A stretch of 64,000 nucleotides of DNA, taken from NCBI RefSeq assembly GCF_050920415.1, contig NZ_CP169309.1, one strand, 5' to 3'. The DNA comes from Escherichia coli (GTDB taxonomy: Bacteria > Pseudomonadota > Gammaproteobacteria > Enterobacterales > Enterobacteriaceae). A program made the position numbers and the translations under genes. A model generated the notes under the pieces. The model was not told the origin of the DNA, ran no database searches, and was given only the letters and a program-made list of their open reading frames with translations. Shown piece after piece: positions 57,656 to 64,000 of the stretch (positions are counted from its first letter, which is position 1; every line of letters starts with the position of its first letter).

Positions 57656-59908
57656 ATGGCAAAAAACACATCTTGCGGTGTCCAACTGCGTATTCGTGGC
57701 AAAGTGCAGGGCGTCGGTTTTCGTCCCTTTGTCTGGCAACTGGCACAGCAATTAAATCTTCACGGCGATGTCTGTAATGACGGCGATGGCGTGGAAGTCC
57801 GGTTGCTGGAAGATCCGGAAATGTTTCTTGTTCAATTGCATCAGCACTGCCCGCCGCTGGCGCGTATTGATAGCGTCGAATGTGAGCAGTTTATCTGGAT
57901 GCAGCCGCCCACTGAGTTCACCATCCGCCAGAGCGCGGGCGGCGTCATGAATACGCAAATTGTTCCCGATGCCGCAACTTGCCCTGCCTGTCTTGCCGAA
58001 ATGAATACTCCAGGCGAACGGCGTTATCGTTATCCGTTTATCAACTGTACCCACTGCGGCCCGCGTTTCACCATTATTCGCGCGATGCCTTACGACCGTC
58101 CATTTACCGTGATGGCGGCGTTTCCGCTTTGTCCGGCCTGCGATAAAGAATATCGCGACCCGCTCGATCGTCGCTTCCACGCCCAGCCGGTGGCCTGCCC
58201 GGAGTGTGGCCCGCATCTTGAATGGCTAAGTCATGGTGAACATGCAGAACAAGAGGCGGCATTACAGGCAGCTATCGCACAGTTAAAAATGGGCAACATT
58301 GTCGCCATCAAAGGGATTGGCGGATTTCATCTCGCCTGCGATGCGCGTAACAGTAACGCGGTGGCGACACTTCGGGCACGCAAACATCGCCCGGCGAAAC
58401 CGCTGGCGGTCATGTTGCCAGTGACAGAAGATTTACCAGACGCTGCCCGTCAGTTGCTCACCACGCCCGCCGCGCCGATTGTGCTGGTGGATAAAAAATA
58501 TGTTCCGGAACTTTGTGACGATATCGCCCCTGGCCTTAACGAAGTCGGGGTGATGTTGCCTGCGAATCCGCTCCAGCATTTGCTGTTACAGGAACTGCAA
58601 TGCCCGCTGGTGATGACCTCCGGCAACCTGAGCGGTAAACCACCGGCTATCAGCAACGAACAGGCGCTGGAGGATTTGCAGGACATTGCCGACGGATTCT
58701 TGATTCATAACCGCGACATCGTGCAGCGGATGGATGATTCAGTGGTGCGCGAAAGTGGCGAAATGTTGCGCCGCTCGCGGGGGTATGTACCGGATGCGCT
58801 GGCTTTGCCTCCGGGCTTTAAAAATATTCCTCCTGTGTTGTGTCTCGGTGCGGATCTGAAAAATACCTTCTGTCTGGTGCGTGGTGAACAGGCGGTGTTG
58901 AGTCAACATTTGGGCGATTTAAGTGACGATGGCATTCAGATGCAGTGGCGCGAAGCGTTGCGTCTGATGCAAAACATCTACGATTTTACTCCACAGTTTG
59001 TGGTGCATGATGCGCATCCGGGCTATGTCTCCAGCCAGTGGGCGCGTGAGATGAATCTGCCGACGCAAACGGTGCTGCATCACCATGCCCACGCGGCGGC
59101 GTGTCTGGCAGAACATCACTGGCCGCTGGATGGCGGTGATGTCATTGCTTTGACGCTCGACGGTATTGGTATGGGCGAGAACGGCGCTTTATGGGGCGGC
59201 GAGTGCTTGCGGGTGAACTATCGCGAATGCCAGCACCTGGGCGGTTTGCCTGCGGTGGCGCTTGTTGGTGGCGATTTGGCTGCAAAGCAGCCGTGGCGTA
59301 ACCTGCTGGCGCAGTGCCTGCGCTTTGTGCCGGAGTGGCAGAATTACTCTGAAACGGCAAGTGTGCAACAGCAAAACTGGAGCGTGCTGGCGCGGGCCAT
59401 TGAGCGTGGAATCAATGCTCCGCTGGCATCATCGTGTGGGCGGTTGTTCGATGCCGTATCGGCTGCGCTGGGCTGTGCGCCAGCCACGTTAAGTTATGAA
59501 GGTGAAGCGGCTTGTGCTCTGGAGGCGCTCGCAGCTTCGTGCCACGGAGTGACGCATCCGGTGACGATGCCGCTGGTGGACAATCAACTGGATCTCGCCA
59601 CTTTCTGGCAGCAGTGGCTGAACTGGCAGGCTCCGGTTAATCAACGCGCGTGGGCGTTTCATGATGCACTGGCGCAGGGTTTTGCCGCGTTGATGCGTGA
59701 GCAGGCCACGATGTGCGGTATCACTACGCTGGTATTTAGCGGTGGGGTTATTCATAACCGTTTGCTGCGTGCACGTCTGGCGCATTATCTTGCTGATTTT
59801 ACGTTGCTCTTCCCGCAGAGTTTACCTGCGGGGGATGGCGGGTTGTCTCTGGGGCAGGGGGTTATTGTTGCGGCCCGTTGGGTGGCGGGTGAAGTCCAGA
59901 ACGGATAA
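57656..59908 (+). CDS. hypF: [NiFe]-hydrogenase maturation carbamoyltransferase HypF
   Basis: 750 aa from the ATG at 57656 ([25 protein letters not shown]); acylphosphatase domain, two zinc-finger CxxC pairs, YrdC and Kae1-like domains. Confidence 0.94.
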   Translation: MAKNTSCGVQLRIRGKVQGVGFRPFVWQLAQQLNLHGDVCNDGDGVEVRLLEDPEMFLVQLHQHCPPLARIDSVECEQFIWMQPPTEFTIRQSAGGVMNTQIVPDAATCPACLAEMNTPGERRYRYPFINCTHCGPRFTIIRAMPYDRPFTVMAAFPLCPACDKEYRDPLDRRFHAQPVACPECGPHLEWLSHGEHAEQEAALQAAIAQLKMGNIVAIKGIGGFHLACDARNSNAVATLRARKHRPAKPLAVMLPVTEDLPDAARQLLTTPAAPIVLVDKKYVPELCDDIAPGLNEVGVMLPANPLQHLLLQELQCPLVMTSGNLSGKPPAISNEQALEDLQDIADGFLIHNRDIVQRMDDSVVRESGEMLRRSRGYVPDALALPPGFKNIPPVLCLGADLKNTFCLVRGEQAVLSQHLGDLSDDGIQMQWREALRLMQNIYDFTPQFVVHDAHPGYVSSQWAREMNLPTQTVLHHHAHAAACLAEHHWPLDGGDVIALTLDGIGMGENGALWGGECLRVNYRECQHLGGLPAVALVGGDLAAKQPWRNLLAQCLRFVPEWQNYSETASVQQQNWSVLARAIERGINAPLASSCGRLFDAVSAALGCAPATLSYEGEAACALEALAASCHGVTHPVTMPLVDNQLDLATFWQQWLNWQAPVNQRAWAFHDALAQGFAALMREQATMCGITTLVFSGGVIHNRLLRARLAHYLADFTLLFPQSLPAGDGGLSLGQGVIVAARWVAGEVQNG

Positions 59909-59930
59909 ACGTGTTGCATTTGGGCGCAGT

Positions 59931-59962
59931 GCCGGATGCGGCGTGAACGCCTTATCCGGCCT
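59931..59962. repeat. REP-like palindromic unit between hypF and norW
   Basis: gccggatgcggcgtgaacgccttatccggcc GC-rich imperfect palindrome between the hypF stop and the 3' end of norW. Confidence 0.55.
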
Positions 59963-60001
59963 TGTATTATCCCTCCAGGCATTTTGGGTACAGTAGCCCG
60001 C

Positions 60002-61135
60002 CTACATCGGCAAGGTTTTCAACATTCCAAACGCCTCTTTCATCCGATCCTCACTGACTACAAAGGCGCGAAGCTGGTCGGCATCGTCAACGCCGCGCGC
60101 CACCATTCCCTGGCTTTCGGTACAAATCTGCCAGCGCAAATCCTGACGCTGGGTTTCGCCTGCCAGATGCAGCGGTAATTCCGGCGTTTTGATTTTCACC
60201 AGCATCGCCGGTAGTTTCAGCGGCGTGTTATTGCCGAGAAGATTTTTTGCCAGCACCATCGCGCTAAGTTGAATCGGCTGGAGGAACGGCAATACCTGAC
60301 CGTTAATTTCTGCGCAATCGCCCAGCGCGTAAATATCGGCATTACTGGTTTGCAGATAGCTATCGACGCAAACGCCGCGATTAATCGTCAGCCCGGCGCG
60401 TCGTGCCAGGGCGGTTTCCGGGCGCAGTCCGGTGGCGGCAATTACCGCATCCACTTCGATGCTGCGCTGGCGGTCCAGCGTTGCCAGAATGCCATAATTC
60501 GTTTTTTCCAGCCCCTGCAACTGAGATTTCAACAGCAGATGAACGCCCATCTCCGTCAACCGATGCTGTAAGCGACTGCTTACTTCCGGTGGCATTAACG
60601 ACGCCAGAATACTGGCAGCGTTGTCGATTAGCGTGACCGCTTTGCCTGCCCGACAAAAATCCATCGCCAGCTCGCTACCAATCAAGCCACCGCCTACAAT
60701 CAACACCCGTCGGGCATCCCGCAGTTGTGTTTCACAGGCGCGATATTCTTGCTGACTATTTAACGTCAGCATTAACTCACGCCCAGGCACCGGCGGGACA
60801 AAGGCGCTGGCTCCGGTAGCCAGCACTAGCTTGTCGTATTGCCACTGATTATTCTGGCTTTTCACCACATGGGCTTCGGCATCGATATCCGTCACCCAGG
60901 TGTGCGGAAACAGGCGCAGATTAAACTGCTCGGCAAATTCACCCGCCGTCTGGCGGGTAAGGTCGTCGGCACGTTGCCCCTGACTGATCACATGGCTAAG
61001 ATCAGGTTTGTTGTACTCATCCATGCTGTCGGCGGCAATCAGGGTCAATGGAATACTGGCGTCCTGTTTGCGAATATTTTTCACCAGTTGGCGGGCGGCG
61101 AAGCCCGAACCAATGATCACAATGCCGTTGCTCAT
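60002..61135 (-). CDS. norW: NADH:flavorubredoxin reductase
   Basis: 377-aa ORF with FAD/NAD Rossmann motifs (GSGFAA, GGGLIG); 4-nt overlap with norV. Confidence 0.94.
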   Translation of the reverse strand: MSNGIVIIGSGFAARQLVKNIRKQDASIPLTLIAADSMDEYNKPDLSHVISQGQRADDLTRQTAGEFAEQFNLRLFPHTWVTDIDAEAHVVKSQNNQWQYDKLVLATGASAFVPPVPGRELMLTLNSQQEYRACETQLRDARRVLIVGGGLIGSELAMDFCRAGKAVTLIDNAASILASLMPPEVSSRLQHRLTEMGVHLLLKSQLQGLEKTNYGILATLDRQRSIEVDAVIAATGLRPETALARRAGLTINRGVCVDSYLQTSNADIYALGDCAEINGQVLPFLQPIQLSAMVLAKNLLGNNTPLKLPAMLVKIKTPELPLHLAGETQRQDLRWQICTESQGMVARGVDDADQLRAFVVSEDRMKEAFGMLKTLPM

Positions 61136-62571
61136 TTTGCCTCCGATGCCAGTTCGTCAAAGACGTCTTTGCCAAGGGAGCATTCCGGGCACAGGAAGTT
61201 ATCCGGGACTTCACTCCACGGCGTTCCTGGCGCAACGTCCTGCATTGGCTCGCCTTTTGCCGGATCGTAAATCCACTGGCAGACGCTGCACTGCATCCGT
61301 GGGCCGAGGTCAGCCGTCGTGGTGGCACAGGTTTCTTCTTTAACCACCGTATTCACCGTGCTTTGCGGCAGCGGCGAAAGCGCCCACTGACGGGCAATTT
61401 CACGACCGTGTTCACGGCATAATTCCAGTGCATCCTGGTCCGGTCGCCATTTGGCTTTCAGGCTAAGCGACATTTCGAAACCCGCATCTTGCAGGCGCGT
61501 GGAAAGACGATCCACGGCACCGCCGCTCCAGCCGTGAGAGCCGAAAGCACTGGCGCGTTTGTTACGGAAGCGTAATCCGGTCATCTCCTCCACCAGCCCG
61601 GCGATTTTCGGCATCATCACGTTATTCATCGTCGAAGTGCCAACCAGCACGCCTTTTGAGCGGAAGACATTGGTCAAGATTTCGTTTTTATCGCTTCGGG
61701 CGACGTTGAAAATTTTCACCGCCACGCGCGGGTCGGTTTCCGCAATCCCCTGGGCGATAGCGTCAGCCATCATGCGGGTGTTATTCGACATGGTGTCGTA
61801 GAAAATGGTGATTCTGTCTTCCTGATAATCCGCCGCCCATTTCAGGTACAGCTCGACAATTTGCGTCGGGTTATCGCGCCATACCACGCCGTGAGAGGTG
61901 GCAATCATATCGACCGGCAAGTTAAAGCCCAGGATCTCGGTGATTTTCGGCGTTACCAGGCGGCTGAACGGTGTCAGGATATTGGCGTAGTAACGCTGAC
62001 ACTGCTCGAAAAGCTCGGTCTGATCCACTTCATCGTTGAAGAGATGCTCGTCGCAGTAGTGCTGACCGAAAGCATCGTTACTGAACAGCACCGCGTCGCC
62101 CGTCAGGTAAGTCATCATGCTGTCCGGCCAGTGCAGCATTGGCGTTTCGACAAAAATGAGCTGTTTGCCGTTGCCGATATCCAGCGTGTCACCAGTTTTC
62201 ACCACATTAAAATTCCACTCCGGATGATGGTGATGACCATTTATTGAGTCGATAGCGTTGGCAGTACAATAGATCGGCGTATCGGGAATTTGCGCCATCA
62301 GTTCGGTCAGCGCCCCGGCGTGGTCCTCTTCAGCATGGTTAATCACGATGTAATCGATATCCGCCAGATCGATTTCATTACGCAGGTTCTGCACAAATTC
62401 GCGGCTGAATTTATGGTCGACGGTGTCGATCAGCACGTTTTTTTCTTCACGAATGAGGTAGCTGTTGTAGCTGCTGCCGCGCAGCGTTTTATATTCCGTG
62501 CCGTGAAAATCACGCACTTCCCAGTCACGTTGACCAACCCAATGAATGTTATTTTTCACCACAATAGACAT
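61132..62571 (-). CDS. norV: Anaerobic nitric oxide reductase flavorubredoxin
   Basis: 479-aa ORF with metallo-beta-lactamase-like, flavodoxin and C-terminal rubredoxin (CxxC...CxxC) domains. Confidence 0.95.
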   Translation of the reverse strand: MSIVVKNNIHWVGQRDWEVRDFHGTEYKTLRGSSYNSYLIREEKNVLIDTVDHKFSREFVQNLRNEIDLADIDYIVINHAEEDHAGALTELMAQIPDTPIYCTANAIDSINGHHHHPEWNFNVVKTGDTLDIGNGKQLIFVETPMLHWPDSMMTYLTGDAVLFSNDAFGQHYCDEHLFNDEVDQTELFEQCQRYYANILTPFSRLVTPKITEILGFNLPVDMIATSHGVVWRDNPTQIVELYLKWAADYQEDRITIFYDTMSNNTRMMADAIAQGIAETDPRVAVKIFNVARSDKNEILTNVFRSKGVLVGTSTMNNVMMPKIAGLVEEMTGLRFRNKRASAFGSHGWSGGAVDRLSTRLQDAGFEMSLSLKAKWRPDQDALELCREHGREIARQWALSPLPQSTVNTVVKEETCATTTADLGPRMQCSVCQWIYDPAKGEPMQDVAPGTPWSEVPDNFLCPECSLGKDVFDELASEAK

Positions 62572-62618
62572 AGCAACCTCAATTTATTCAGCGTGTTCTA
62601 AAAAGATGTCTTGCTAAT

Positions 62619-62634
62619 TGCAGATTGCGTGCCA
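62619..62634 (-). promoter_or_regulatory. Sigma-54 promoter (-24/-12) of norVW
   Basis: Minus-strand TGGCACGCAATCTGCA (GG-N10-GC) about 50 bp upstream of the norV start. Confidence 0.6.
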
Positions 62635-62689
62635 GTTTTTTATCTGATTGTTTTTACTATACAAATAAAATTATGCTCATTAATGAGTA

Positions 62690-62745
62690 GTCAAAATGAC
62701 TATCAATCAAATGGTCGATATGACAATATCTATAGTCAAATTGAC
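62690..62745. promoter_or_regulatory. Three NorR enhancer-binding sites (GT-N7-AC) in the norR-norV intergenic region
   Basis: gtcaaaatgac (62690-62700), gtcgatatgac (62714-62724) and gtcaaattgac (62735-62745), spaced 24 and 21 bp apart. Confidence 0.65.
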
Positions 62746-62757
62746 AGTGAGGCAAAG

Positions 62758-64000
62758 ATGAGTTTTTCCGTTGATGTGCTGGCGAATATCGCCATCGAAT
62801 TGCAGCGTGGGATTGGTCATCAGGACCGTTTTCAGCGCCTGATCACCACGCTGCGTCAGGTGCTAGAGTGCGATGCGTCTGCGTTGCTACGTTACGACTC
62901 GCGGCAGTTTATTCCGCTTGCCATCGACGGGCTGGCGAAGGATGTTCTCGGTAGACGCTTTGCGCTGGAAGGGCATCCACGGCTGGAAGCGATTGCCCGC
63001 GCCGGGGACGTGGTGCGCTTTCCCGCAGACAGCGAATTGCCCGATCCCTATGACGGTTTGATTCCAGGGCAGGAGAGTCTGAAGGTTCACGCCTGTGTTG
63101 GTCTGCCCTTATTTGCCGGGCAAAACCTGATCGGCGCACTGACGCTCGATGGGATGCAGCCCGATCAGTTCGATGTTTTCAGCGACGAAGAGTTACGGCT
63201 GATTGCTGCGCTGGCGGCGGGAGCGTTAAGCAATGCGTTGCTGATTGAACAACTGGAAAGCCAGAATATGCTGCCAGGCGATGCCACGCCGTTTGAAGCG
63301 GTGAAACAGACGCAGATGATCGGCCTGTCGCCAGGCATGACGCAATTGAAAAAACAGATTGAGATTGTGGCGGCGTCCGATCTCAACGTCCTAATCAGTG
63401 GTGAGACGGGAACGGGTAAGGAATTGGTGGCGAAAGCGATTCATGAAGCCTCGCCGCGGGCGGTGAATCCGTTGGTCTATCTCAACTGTGCCGCACTGCC
63501 GGAAAGTGTGGCGGAAAGTGAGTTGTTCGGGCACGTGAAAGGGGCGTTTACTGGCGCTATCAGTAACCGCAGCGGGAAGTTTGAAATGGCGGATAACGGC
63601 ACGCTGTTTCTGGATGAGATCGGCGAGTTGTCGTTGGCATTGCAGGCCAAGCTGCTGAGGGTGTTGCAGTATGGCGATATTCAGCGCGTTGGCGATGACC
63701 GCAGTTTGCGGGTCGATGTGCGCGTGCTGGCGGCGACTAACCGCGACTTGCGCGAAGAGGTGCTGGCAGGGCGATTTCGTGCTGACTTGTTTCATCGCCT
63801 GAGTGTGTTTCCGCTTTTGGTGCCGCCGCTGCGTGAGCGGGGTGATGACGTCATTCTTCTGGCGGGGTATTTCTGTGAGCAGTGTCGTTTGCGGCTGGGG
63901 CTCTCCCGCGTGGTATTAAGTGCCGGGGCGCGGAATTTATTGCAACACTATAGTTTTCCGGGGAACGTGCGCGAACTGGAACATGCTATTCATCGGGCGG
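62758..64000 (+). CDS. norR: Anaerobic nitric oxide reductase transcriptional regulator NorR (sigma-54 enhancer-binding protein), 3' end outside the window
   Basis: Open frame from the ATG at 62758 to the window end ([18 protein letters not shown]...); GAF domain followed by an AAA+ domain ([14 protein letters not shown]); divergent from norVW. Confidence 0.93.
   Translation, partial: MSFSVDVLANIAIELQRGIGHQDRFQRLITTLRQVLECDASALLRYDSRQFIPLAIDGLAKDVLGRRFALEGHPRLEAIARAGDVVRFPADSELPDPYDGLIPGQESLKVHACVGLPLFAGQNLIGALTLDGMQPDQFDVFSDEELRLIAALAAGALSNALLIEQLESQNMLPGDATPFEAVKQTQMIGLSPGMTQLKKQIEIVAASDLNVLISGETGTGKELVAKAIHEASPRAVNPLVYLNCAALPESVAESELFGHVKGAFTGAISNRSGKFEMADNGTLFLDEIGELSLALQAKLLRVLQYGDIQRVGDDRSLRVDVRVLAATNRDLREEVLAGRFRADLFHRLSVFPLLVPPLRERGDDVILLAGYFCEQCRLRLGLSRVVLSAGARNLLQHYSFPGNVRELEHAIHRA

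Overview
This window is an Escherichia coli chromosomal segment, gene-for-gene syntenic with the K-12 cysJIH to norR region (read here as the reverse complement of the usual map orientation). In order it carries cysJ (5' partial), cysI, cysH, a complete type I-E CRISPR-Cas locus (cas3, casABCDE, cas1, cas2, leader and a 20-repeat array), iap, cysDNC, ygbE, ftsB, ispDF, truD, surE, pcm, nlpD, rpoS, ygbN-ygbI, pphB, mutS, ygbA, fhlA, hypEDCBA, hycABCDEFGHI, ascBFG, hydN, hypF, norWV and norR (3' partial). Gene content indicates the strain is not MG1655: an extra MarR-regulator plus UbiX/UbiD-like decarboxylase islet sits between rpoS and ygbN, rpoS codon 33 is GAG, and a HigB/HigA-like toxin-antitoxin pair lies between hycI and ascB. 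I did not find convincing evidence for a wholly new biological system; the most interesting unexplained element is that toxin-antitoxin insertion. All calls rest on reading the supplied ORF translations and the raw sequence against remembered protein families; no database search or computation was run.
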